Assembly (NCBI GenBank): GCA_964057225.1
Contig: OZ059900.1
Location: forward strand, 19,158,001 to 19,222,000
DNA length: 64,000 nucleotides
Origin: Auanema rhodensis
Lineage: Eukaryota > Animalia > Nematoda
Reading direction: 5' to 3'
Shown: positions 12,901-26,350 of the stretch, piece after piece
Numbering within the stretch: the stretch's first letter is position 1
How the letters are laid out: each line of letters opens with the position of its first letter
The notes under the pieces: generated by a model
Seen by the model: the letters and a program-made list of their open reading frames with translations, nothing else
The model's database searches: none
What the model was told of the DNA's origin: nothing
Position numbers and translations under genes: made by a program

Positions 12901-14199
12901 AATGAAGCATTTTACATGCTGAACACTAGATAAATACAAAAACACAGTATTTCCCATGAGAAATATTTTATTATGCTGGAAAACCAGTTTTTGGAAATTT
13001 CGCTGTAAACAAGGTTTTGACTTACGATTTCATGTGTTCAAACTCATGCAATGTCAATGAAACCTAGCTCAAAATTGTTCGTACAACGTCTAGTTCCACT
13101 TTCACGACAAAAAAACAGGGGTTAGAAAATTAAGGAAATTAGCATATTCTGAGGGCACGCCCCTTATGGCTAATATTGATTAAATCGATTTTTGTTCATA
13201 TGAGTCGTCAAATGCAACGAATTTCAGCGTGTTACATACTAAAATGAAGCATTTTACATGCTGAACACTAGAAAAATACAAAAACACTGTATTTCCCATG
13301 AGAAATATTTTATTATGCTGGAAAACCAGTTTTTGGAAATTTCGCTGTAAACAAGGTTTTGACTTACGATTTCATGTGTTCAAACTCATGCAATGTCAAT
13401 GAAACCTAGCTCAAAATTGTTCGTACAACGTCTAGTTCCACTTTCACGACAAAAAAACAGGGGTTAGAAAATTAAGGAAATTAGCATATTCTGAGGGCAC
13501 GCCCCTTATGGCTAATATTGATTAAATCGATTTTTGTTCATATGAGTCGTCAAATGCAACGAATTTCAGCGTGTTACATACTAAAATGAAGCATTTTACA
13601 TGCTGAACACTAGAAGAATACAAAAACACAGTATTTCCCATGAGAAATATTTTATTATGCTGGAAAACCAGTTTGTGGAAATTTCGCTGTAAACAAGGTT
13701 TTGACTTACGATTTCATGTGTTCAAACTCATGCAATGTTAATGAAACCTAGCTCAAAATTGTTCGTACAACGTCTAGTTCCACTTTCACGACAAAAAAAC
13801 AGGGGTTAGAAAATTAAGGAAATTAGCATATTCTGAGGGCACGCCCCTTATGGCTAATATTGATTAAATCGATTTTTGTTCATATGAGTCGTCAAATGCA
13901 ACGAATTTCAGCGTGTTACATACTTAAATGAAGCATTTTACATGCTGAACACTAGAAAAATACAAAAACACAGTATTTCCCATGAGAAATATTTTATCAT
14001 GCTGGAAAACCAGTTTTTGGAAATTTCGCTGTAAACAAGGTTTTGACTTACGATTTCATGTGTTCAAACTCATGCAATGTCAATGAAACCTAGCTCAAAA
14101 TTGTTTGTACAACGTCTAGTTCCACTTTCACGACAAAAAAACAAGGGTTAGAAAATTAAGGAAATTAGCATATTCTGAGGGCACGCCCCTTATGGCTAA

Positions 14200-16950
14200 T
14201 ATTGATTAAATCGATTTTTGTTCATATGAGTCGTCAAATGCAACGAATTTCAGCGTGTTACATACTAAAATGAAGCATTTTACATGCTGAACACTAGAAA
14301 AATACAAAAACACAGTATTTCCCATGAGAAATATTTTATCATGCTGGAAAACCAGTTTTTGGAAATTTCGCTGTAAACAAGGTTTTGACTTACGATTTCA
14401 TGTGTTCAAACTCATGCAATGTCAATGAAACCTAGCTCAAAATTGTTTGTACAACGTCTAGTTCCACTTTCACGACAAAAAAACAAGGGTTAGATAAATT
14501 AAGGAAATTAGCATATTCTGAGGGCACGCCCCTTATGGCTAATATTGATTAAATCGATTTTTGTTCATATGAGTCGTCAAATGCAACGAATTTCAGCGTG
14601 TTACATACTAAAATGAAGCATTTTACATGCTGAACACTAGAAAAATACAAAAACACAGTATTTCCCATGAGAAATATTTTATTATGCTGGAAAACCAGTT
14701 TTTGGAAATTTCGCTGTAAACAAGGTTTTGACTTACGATTTCATGTGTTCAAACTCATGCAATGTCAATGAAACCTAGCTCAAAATTGTTCGTACAACGT
14801 CTAGTTCCACTTTCACGACAAAAAAACAGGGGTTAGAAAATTAAGGAAATTAGCATATTCTGAGGGCACGCCCCTTATGGCTAATATTGATTAAATCGAT
14901 TTTTGTTCATATGAGTCGTCAAATGCAACGAATTTCAGCGTGTTACACACTAAAATGAAACATTTCACATGCTGAACACTAGAAGAATACAAAAACACAG
15001 TATTTCCCATGAGAAATATTTTATTATGCTGGAAAACCAGTTTTTCGAAATTTCGCTGTAAACAAGGTTTTGACTTACGATTTCATGTGTTCAAACTCAT
15101 GCAATGTCAATGAAACCTAGCTCAAAATTGTTCGTACAACGTCTAGTTCCACTTTCACGACAAAAAAACAAGGGTTAGAAAATTAAGGAAATTAGCATAT
15201 TCTGAGGGCACGCCCCTTATGGCTAATATTGATTAAATCGATTTTTGTTCATATGAGTCGTCAAATGCAACGAATTTCAGCGTGTTACATACTAAAATGA
15301 AGCATTTTACATGCTGAAGACTAGAAAAATACAAAAACACAGTATTTCCCATGAGAAATATTTTATTATGCTGGAAAACCAGTTTTTGGAAATTTCGCTG
15401 TAAACAAGGTTTTGACTTACGATTTCATGTGTTCAAACTCATGCAATGTCAATGAAACCTAGCTCAAAATTGTTCGTACAACGTCTAGTTCCACTTTCAC
15501 GACAAAAAAACAGGGGTTAGAAAATTAAGGAAATTAGCATATTCTGAGGGCACGCCCCTTATGGCTAATATTGATTAAATCGATTTTTGTTCATATGAGT
15601 CGTCAAATGCAACGAATTTCAGCGTGTTACATACTAAAATGAAGCATTTTACATGCTGAACACTAGAAAAATACAAAAACACAGTATTTCCCATGAGAAA
15701 TATTTTATCATGCTGGAAAACCAGTTTTTGGAAATTTCGCTGTAAACAAGGTTTTGACTTACGATTTCATGTGTTCAAACTCATGCAATGTCAATGAAAC
15801 CTAGCTCAAAATTGTTTGTACAACGTCTAGTTCCACTTTCACGACAAAAAAACAAGGGTTAGATAAATTAAGGAAATTAGCATATTCTGAGGGCACGCCC
15901 CTTATGGCTAATATTGATTAAATCGATTTTTGTTCATATGAGTCGTCAAATGCAACGAATTTCAGCGTGTTACATACTAAAATGAAGCATTTTACATGCT
16001 GAACACTAGAAAAATACAAAAACACAGTATTTCCCATGAGAAATATTTTATTATGCTGGAAAACCAGTTTTTGGAAATTTCGCTGTAAACAAGGTTTTGA
16101 CTTACGATTTCATGTGTTCAAACTCATGCAATGTCAATGAAACCTAGCTCAAAATTGTTCGTACAACGTCTAGTTCCACTTTCACGACAAAAAAACAGGG
16201 GTTAGAAAATTAAGGAAATTAGCATATTCTGAGGGCACGCCCCTTATGGCTAATATTGATTAAATCGATTTTTGTTCATATGAGTCGTCAAATGCAACGA
16301 ATTTCAGCGTGTTACACACTAAAATGAAACATTTCACATGCTGAACACTAGAAGAATACAAAAACACAGTATTTCCCATGAGAAATATTTTATTATGCTG
16401 GAAAACCAGTTTTTCGAAATTTCGCTGTAAACAAGGTTTTGACTTACGATTTCATGTGTTCAAACTCATGCAATGTCAATGAAACCTAGCTCAAAATTGT
16501 TCGTACAACGTCTAGTTCCACTTTCACGACAAAAAAACAAGGGTTAGAAAATTAAGGAAATTAGCATATTCTGAGGGCACGCCCCTTATGGCTAATATTG
16601 ATTAAATCGATTTTTGTTCATATGAGTCGTCAAATGCAACGAATTTCAGCGTGTTACATACTAAAATGAAGCATTTTACATGCTGAAGACTAGAAAAATA
16701 CAAAAACACAGTATTTCCCATGAGAAATATTTTATTATGCTGGAAAACCAGTTTTTGGAAATTTCGCTGTAAACAAGGTTTTGACTTACGATTTCATGTG
16801 TTCAAACTCATGCAATGTCAATGAAACCTAGCTCAAAATTGTTCGTACAACGTCTAGTTCCACTTTCACGACAAAAAAACAGGGGTTAGAAAATTAAGGA
16901 AATTAGCATATTCTGAGGGCACGCCCCTTATGGCTAATATTGATTAAATC
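14200..16950 (+). repeat. Tandem duplication of a 4-monomer (1369-bp) unit
   Basis: The T insertion (14495/15864), ATGAAACAT (14960/16329) and CTGAAGACT (15319/16688) are all 1369 bp apart (4 x 342 + 1). Boundaries are approximate. Confidence 0.9.
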
Positions 16951-19900
16951 GATTTTTGTTCATATGAGTCGTCAAATGCAACGAATTTCAGCGTGTTACA
17001 TACTAAAATGAAGCATTTTACATGCTGAACACTAGAAGAATACAAAAACACAGTATTTCCCATGAGAAATATTTTATTATGCTGGAAAACCAGTTTGTGG
17101 AAATTTCGCTGTAAACAAGGTTTTGACTTACGATTTCATGTGTTCAAACTCATGCAATGTCAATGAAACCTAGCTCAAAATTGTTCGTACAACGTCTAGT
17201 TCCACTTTCACGACAAAAAAACAGGGGTTAGAAAATTAAGGAAATTAGCATATTCTGAGGGCACGCCCCTTATGGCTAATATTGATTAAATCGATTTTTG
17301 TTCATATGAGTCGTCAAATGCAACGAATTTCAGCGTGTTACATACTAAAATGAAGCATTTTACATGCTGAAGACTAGAAAAATACAAAAACACAGTATTT
17401 CCCATGAGAAATATTCTATTATGCTGGAAAACCAGTTTTTGGAAATTTCGCTGTAAACAAGGTTTTGACTTACGATTTCATGTGTTCAAACTCATGCAAT
17501 GTCAATGAAACCTAGCTCAAAATTGTTCGTACAACGTCTAGTTCCACTTTCACGACAAAAAAACAGGGGTTAGAAAATTAAGGAAATTAGCATATTCTGA
17601 GGGCACGCCCCTTATGGCTAATATTGATTAAATCGATTTTTGTTCATATGAGTCGTCAAATGCAACGAATTTCAGCGTGTTACATATTAAAATGAACCAT
17701 TTTACATGCTGAACACTAGAAGAATACAAAAACACAGTATTTCCCATGAGAAATATTTTATTATGCTGGAAAACCAGTTTGTGGAAATTTCGCTGTAAAC
17801 AAGGTTTTGACTTACGATTTCATGTGTTCAAACTCATGCAATGTCAATGAAACCTAGCTCAAAATTGTTCGTACAACGTTTAGTTCCACTTTCACGACAA
17901 AAAAACAGGGGTTAGAAAATTAAGGAAATTAGCATATTCTGAGGGCACGCCCCTTATGGCTAATATTGATTAAATCGATTTTTGTTCATATGAGTCGTCA
18001 AATGCAACGAATTTCAGCGTGTTACATACTAAAATAAAGCATTTTACATGCTGAACACTAGAAAAATACAAAAACACAGTATTTCCCATGAGAAATATTT
18101 TATCATGCTGGAAAACCAGTTTTTGGAAATTTCGCTGTAAACAAGGTTTTGACTTACGATTTCATGTGTTCAAACTCATGCAATGTCAATGAAACCTAGC
18201 TCAAAATTGTTTGTACAACGTCTAGTTCCACTTTCACGACAAAAAAACAAGGGTTAGAAAATTAAGGAAATTAGCATATTCTGAGGGCACGCCCCTTATG
18301 GCTAATATTGATTAAATCGATTTTTGTTCATATGAGTCGTCAAATGCAACGAATTTCAGCGTGTTACATACTTAAATGAAGCATTTTACATGCTGAACAC
18401 TAGAAAAATACAAAAACACAGTATTTCCCATGAGAAATATTTTATTATGCTGGAAAACCAGTTTTTGGAAATTTCGCTGTAAACAAGGTTTTGACTTACG
18501 ATTTCATGTGTTCAAACTCATGCAATGTCAATGAAACCTAGCTCAAAATTGTTCGTACAACGTCTAGTTCCACTTTCACGACAAAAAAACAGGGGTTAGA
18601 AAATTAAGGAAATTAGCATATTCTGAGGGCACGCCCCTTATGGCTAATATTGATTAAATCGATTTTTGTTCATATGAGTCGTCAAATGCAACGAATTTCA
18701 GCGTGTTACACACTAAAATGAAGCATTTCACATGCTGAACACTAGAAGAATACAAAAACACAGTATTTCCCATGAGAAATATTTTATTATGCTGGAAAAC
18801 CAGTTTTTCGAAATTTCGCTGTAAACAAGGTTTTGACTTACGATTTCATGTGTTCAAACTTATGCAATGTCAATGAAACCTAGCTCAAAATTGTTCGTAC
18901 AACGTCTAGTTCCACTTTCACGACAAAAAAACAGGGGTTAGAAAATTAAGGAAATTAGCATATTCTGAGGGCACGCCCCTTATGGCTAATATTGATTAAA
19001 TCGATTTTTGTTCATATGAGTCGTCAAATGCAACGAATTTCAGCGTGTTACAAACTAAAATGAAGCATTTTACATGCTGAACACTAGAAAAATACAAAAA
19101 CACAGTATTTCCCATGAGAAATATTTTATCATGCTGGAAAACCAGTTTTTGGAAATTTCGCTGTAAACAAGGTTTTGACTTACGATTTCATGTGTTCAAA
19201 CTCATGCAATGTCAATGAAACCTAGCTCAAAATTGTTCGTACAACGTCTAGTTCCACTTTCACGACAAAAAAACAGGGGTTAGAAAATTAAGGAAATTAG
19301 CATATTCTGAGGGCACGCCCCTTATGGCTAATATTGATTAAATCGATTTTTGTTCATATGAGTCGTCAAATGCAACGAATTTCAGCGTGTTATATACTAA
19401 AATGAAGCATTTTACATGCTGAACACTAGAAAAATACAAAAACACAGTATTTCCCATGAGAAATATTTTATCATGCTGGAAAACCAGTTTTTGGAAATTT
19501 CGCTGTAAACAAGGTTTTGACTTACGATTTCATGTGTTCAAACTCATGCAATGTCAATGAAACCTAGCTCAAAGTTGTTCGTACAACGTCTAGTTCCACT
19601 TTCACGACAAAAAAACAGGGGTTAGAAAATTAAGGAAATTAGCATATTCTGAGGGCACGCCCCTTATGGCTAATATTGATTAAATCGATTTTTGTTCATA
19701 TGAGTCGTCAAATGCAACGAATTTCAGCGTGTTACACATTAAAATGAAGCATTTTACATGCTGAACACTAGAAAAATACAAAAACACAGTATTTCCCATG
19801 AGAAATATTTTATCATGCTGGAAAACCAGTTTTTGGAAATTTCGCTGTAAACAAGGTTTTGACTTACGATTTCATGTGTTCAAACTCATGCAATGTCAAT

Positions 19901-22249
19901 GAAACCTAGCTCAAAATTGTTCGTACAACGTCTAGTTCCACTTTCACGACAAAAAAACAGGGGTTAGAAAATTAAGGAAATTAGCATATTCTGAGGGCAC
20001 GCCCCTTATGGCTAATATTGATTAAATCGATTTTTGCTCATATGAGTCGTCAAATGCAACGAATTTCAGCGTGTTACATACTAAAATGAAGCATTTTACA
20101 TGCTGAACACTAGAAAAATACAAAAACACAGTATTTCCCATGAGAAATATTTTATTATGCTGGAAAACCAGTTTTTGGAAATTTCGCTGTAAACAAGGTT
20201 TTGACTTACGATTTCATGTGTTCAAACTCATGCAATGTCAATGAAACCTAGCTCAAAATTGTTCGTACAACGTCTAGTTCCACTTTCACGACAAAAAAAC
20301 AAGGGTTAGAAAATTAAGGAAATTAGCATATTCTGAGGGCACGCCCCTTATGGCTAATATTGATTAAATCGATTTTTGTTCATATGAGTCGTCAAATGCA
20401 ACGAATTTCAGCGTGTTACAAACTAAAATGAAGCATTTTACATGCTGAACACTAGAAAAATACAAAAACACAGTATTTCCCATGAGAAATATTTTATTAT
20501 GCTGGAAAACCAGTTTTTGGAAATTTCGCTGTAAACAAGGTTTTGACTTACGATTTCATGTGTTCAAACTCATGCAATGTCAATGAAACCTAGCTCAAAA
20601 TTGTTCGTACAACGTCTAGTTCCACTTTCACGACAAAAAAACAGGGGTTAGAAAATTAAGGAAATTAGCATATTCTGAGGGCACGCCCCTTATGGCTAAT
20701 ATTGATTAAATCGATTTTTGTTCATATGAGTCGTCAAATGCAACGAATTTCAGCGTGTTACATACTAAAATGAAGCATTTTACATGCTGAACACTAGAAA
20801 AATACAAAAACACAGTATTTCCCATGAGAAATATTTTATCATGCTGGAAAACCAGTTTTTGGAAATTTCGCTGTAAACAAGGTTTTGACTTACGATTTCA
20901 TGTGTTCAAACTCATGCAATGTCAATGAAACCTAGCTCAAAATTGTTCGTACAACGTCTAGTTCCACTTTCACGACAAAAAAACAGGGGTTAGAAAATTA
21001 AGGAAATTAGCATATTCTGAGGGCACGCCCCTTATGGCTAATATTGATTAAATCGATTTTTGTTCATATGAGTCGTCAAATGCAACGAATTTCAGCGTGT
21101 TACACATTAAAATGAAGCATTTTACATGCTGAACACTAGAAAAATACAAAAACACAGTATTTCCCATGAGAAATATTTTATCATGCTGGAAAACCAGTTT
21201 TTGGAAATTTCGCTGTAAACAAGGTTTTGACTTACGATTTCATGTGTTCAAACTCATGCAATGTCAATGAAACCTAGCTCAAAATTGTTTGTACAACGTC
21301 TAGTTCCACTTTCACGACAAAAAAACAGGGGTTAGAAAATTAAGGAAATTAGCATATTCTGAGGGCACGCCCCTTATGGCTAATATTGATTAAATCGATT
21401 TTTGTTCATATGAGTCGTCAAATGCAACGAATTTCAGCGTGTTACAAACTAAAATGAAGCATTTTACATGCTGAACACTAGAAAAATACAAAAACACAGT
21501 GTTTCCCATGAGAAATATTTTATTATGCTGGAAAACCAGTTTTTGGAAATTTCGCTGTAAACAAGGTTTTGACTTACGATTTCATGTGTTCAAACTCATG
21601 CAACGTCAATGAAACCTAGCTCAAAATTGTTCGTACAACGTCTAGTTCCACTTTCACGACAAAAAAACAGGGGTTAGAAAATTAAGGAAATTAGCATATT
21701 CTGAGGGCACGCCCCTTATGGCTAATATTGATTAAATCGATTTTTGTTCATATGAGTCGTCAAATGCAACGAATTTCAGCGTGTTACACACTAAAATGAA
21801 GCATTTCACATGCTGAACACTAGAAGAATACAAAAACACAGTTTTTCCATGAGAAATATTTTATTATGCTGGAAAACCAGTTTTTCGAAATTTCGCTGTA
21901 AACAAGGTTTTGACTTACGATTTCATGTGTTCAAACTCATGCAATGTCAATGAAACCTAGCTCAAAATTGTTCGTACAACGTCTAGTTCCACTTTCACGA
22001 CAAAAAAGCAAGGGTTAGAAAATTAAGGAAATTAGCATATTCTGAGGGCACGCCCCTTATGGCTAATATTGATTAAATCGATTTTTGTTCATATGAGTCG
22101 TCAAATGCAACGAATTTCAGCGTGTTACATACTAAAATGAAGCATTTTACATGCTGAACACTAGAAAAATACAAAAACACAGTATTTCCCATGAGAAATA
22201 TTTTATTATGCTGGAAAACCAGTTTTTGGAAATTTCGCTGTAAACAAGG

Positions 22250-25200
22250 TTTTGACTTACGATTTCATGTGTTCAAACTCATGCAATGTCAATGAAACCT
22301 AGCTCAAAATTGTTTGTACAACGTCTAGTTCCACTTTCACGACAAAAAAACAAGGGTTAGAAAATTAAGGAAATTAGCATATTCTGAGGGCACGCCCCTT
22401 ATGGCTAATATTGATTAAATCGATTTTTGTTCATATGAGTCGTCAAATGCAACGAATTTCAGCGTGTTACATACTAAAATGAAGCATTTTACATGCTGAA
22501 CACTAGAAGAATACAAAAACACAGTATTTCCCATGAGAAATATTTTATTATGCTGGAAAACCAGTTTGTGGAAATTTCGCTGTAAACAAGGTTTTGACTT
22601 ACGATTTCATGTGTTCAAACTCATGCAATGTCAATGAAACCTAGCTCAAAATTGTTCGTACAACGTCTAGTTCCACTTTCACGACAAAAAAACAGGGGTT
22701 AGAAAATTAAGGAAATTAGCATATTCTGAGGGCACGCCCCTTATGGCTAATATTGATTAAATCGATTTTTGTTCATATGAGTCGTCAAATGCAACGAATT
22801 TCAGCGTGTTACATACTAAAATGAAGCATTTTACATGCTGAACACTAGAAAAATACAAAAACACAGTATTTCCCATGAGAAATATTTTATCATGCTGGAA
22901 AACCAGTTTTTGGAAATTTCGCTGTAAACAAGGTTTTGACTTACGATTTCATGTGTTCAAACTCATGCAATGTCAATGAAACCTAGCTCAAAATTGTTTG
23001 TACAACGTCTAGTTCCACTTTCACGACAAAAAAACAAGGGTTAGAAAATTAAGGAAATTAGCATATTCTGAGGGCACGCCCCTTATGGCTAATATTGATT
23101 AAATCGATTTTTGTTCATATGAGTCGTCAAATGCAACGAATTTCAGCGTGTTACATACTAAAATGAAGCATTTCACATGCTGAACACTAGAAAAATACAA
23201 AAACACAGTATTTCCCATGAGAAATATTTTATTATGCTGGAAAACCAGTTTTTGGAAATTTCGCTGTAAACAAGGTTTTGACTTACGATTTCATGTGTTC
23301 AAACTCATGCAATGTCAATGAAACCTAGCTCAAAATTGTTCGTACAACGTCTAGTTCCACTTTCACGACAAAAAAACAGGGGTTAGAAAATTAAGGAAAT
23401 TAGCATATTCTGAGGGCACGCCCCTTATGGCTAATATTGATTAAATCGATTTTTGTTCATATGAGTCGTCAAATGCAACGAATTTCAGCGTGTTACACAC
23501 TAAAATGAAGCATTTCACATGCTGAACACTAGAAGAATACAAAAACACAGTATTTCCCATGAGAAATATTTTATTATGCTGGAAAACCAGTTTTTCGAAA
23601 TTTCGCTGTAAACAAGGTTTTGACTTACGATTTCATGTGTTCAAACTCATGCAATGTCAATGAAACCTAGCTCAAAATTGTTCGTACAACGTCTAGTTCC
23701 ACTTTCACGACAAAAAAACAGGGGTTAGAAAATTAAGGAAATTAGCATATTCTGAGGGCACGCCCCTTATGGCTAATATTGATTAAATCGATTTTTGTTC
23801 ATATGAGTCGTCAAATGCAACGAATTTCAGCGTGTTACATACTAAAATGAAGCATTTTACATGCTGAACACTAGAAAAATACAAAAACACAGTATTTCCC
23901 ATGAGAAATATTTTATCATGCTGGAAAACCAGTTTTTGGAAATTTCGCTGTAAACAAGGTTTTGACTTACGATTTCATGTGTTCAAACTCATGCAATGTC
24001 AATGAAACCTAGCTCAAAATTGTTTGTACAACGTCTAGTTCCACTTTCACGACAAAAAAACAAGGGTTAGAAAATTAAGGAAATTAGCATATTCTGAGGG
24101 CACGCCCCTTATGGCTAATATTGATTAATTCGATTTTTGTTCATATGAGTCGTCAAATGCAACGAATTTCAGCGTGTTACATACTAAAATGAAGCATTTT
24201 ACATGCTGAACACTAGAAAAATACAAAAACACAGTATTTCCCATGAGAAATATTTTATTATGCTGGAAAACCAGTTTTTGGAAATTTCGCTGTAAACAAG
24301 GTTTTGACTTACGATTTCATGTGTTCAAACTCATGCAATGTCAATGAAACCTAGCTCAAAATTGTTTGTACAACGTCTAGTTCCACTTTCACGACAAAAA
24401 AACAAGGGTTAGAAAATTAAGGAAATTAGCATATTCTGAGGGCACGCCCCTTATGGCTAATATTGATTAAATCGATTTTTGTTCATATGAGTCGTCAAAT
24501 GCAACGAATTTCAGCGTGTTACATACTAAAATGAAGCATTTTACATGCTGAACACTAGAAGAATACAAAAACACAGTATTTCCCATGAGAAATATTTTAT
24601 TATGCTGGAAAACCAGTTTGTGGAAATTTCGCTGTAAACAAGGTTTTGACTTACGATTTCATGTGTTCAAACTCATGCAATGTCAATGAAACCTAGCTCA
24701 AAATTGTTCGTACAACGTCTAGTTCCACTTTCACGACAAAAAAACAGGGGTTAGAAAATTAAGGAAATTAGCATATTCTGAGGGCACGCCCCTTATGGCT
24801 AATATTGATTAAATCGATTTTTGTTCATATGAGTCGTCAAATGCAACGAATTTCAGCGTGTTACATACTAAAATGAAGCATTTTACATGCTGAACACTAG
24901 AAAAATACAAAAACACAGTATTTCCCATGAGAAATATTTTATCATGCTGGAAAACCAGTTTTTGGAAATTTCGCTGTAAACAAGGTTTTGACTTACGATT
25001 TCATGTGTTCAAACTCATGCAATGTCAATGAAACCTAGCTCAAAATTGTTTGTACAACGTCTAGTTCCACTTTCACGACAAAAAAACAAGGGTTAGAAAA
25101 TTAAGGAAATTAGCATATTCTGAGGGCACGCCCCTTATGGCTAATATTGATTAAATCGATTTTTGTTCATATGAGTCGTCAAATGCAACGAATTTCAGCG

Positions 25201-26350
25201 TGTTACATACTAAAATGAAGCATTTCACATGCTGAACACTAGAAAAATACAAAAACACAGTATTTCCCATGAGAAATATTTTATTATGCTGGAAAACCAG
25301 TTTTTGGAAATTTCGCTGTAAACAAGGTTTTGACTTACGATTTCATGTGTTCAAACTCATGCAATGTCAATGAAACCTAGCTCAAAATTGTTCGTACAAC
25401 GTCTAGTTCCACTTTCACGACAAAAAAACAGGGGTTAGAAAATTAAGGAAATTAGCATATTCTGAGGGCACGCCCCTTATGGCTAATATTGATTAAATCG
25501 ATTTTTGTTCATATGAGTCGTCAAATGCAACGAATTTCAGCGTGTTACACACTAAAATGAAGCATTTCACATGCTGAACACTAGAAGAATACAAAAACAC
25601 AGTATTTCCCATGAGAAATATTTTATTATGCTGGAAAACCAGTTTTTCGAAATTTCGCTGTAAACAAGGTTTTGACTTACGATTTCATGTGTTCAAACTC
25701 ATGCAATGTCAATGAAACCTAGCTCAAAATTGTTCGTACAACGTCTAGTTCCACTTTCACGACAAAAAAACAGGGGTTAGAAAATTAAGGAAATTAGCAT
25801 ATTCTGAGGGCACGCCCCTTATGGCTAATATTGATTAAATCGATTTTTGTTCATATGAGTCGTCAAATGCAACGAATTTCAGCGTGTTACATACTAAAAT
25901 GAAGCATTTTACATGCTGAACACTAGAAAAATACAAAAACACAGTATTTCCCATGAGAAATATTTTATCATGCTGGAAAACCAGTTTTTGGAAATTTCGC
26001 TGTAAACAAGGTTTTGACTTACGATTTCATGTGTTCAAACTCATGCAATGTCAATGAAACCTAGCTCAAAATTGTTTGTACAACGTCTAGTTCCACTTTC
26101 ACGACAAAAAAACAAGGGTTAGAAAATTAAGGAAATTAGCATATTCTGAGGGCACGCCCCTTATGGCTAATATTGATTAATTCGATTTTTGTTCATATGA
26201 GTCGTCAAATGCAACGAATTTCAGCGTGTTACATACTAAAATGAAGCATTTTACATGCTGAACACTAGAAAAATACAAAAACACAGTATTTCCCATGAGA
26301 AATATTTTATTATGCTGGAAAACCAGTTTTTGGAAATTTCGCTGTAAACA
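22250..26350 (+). repeat. Tandem duplication of a 6-monomer (2052-bp) unit, present only in copy 1 of the large block
   Basis: GTTTGTGG (22568/24620), TTTTTCGAA (23596/25648) and ATTAATTCG (24129/26181) are all 2052 bp apart. This explains the offset change 25990 to 23938. Confidence 0.9.
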
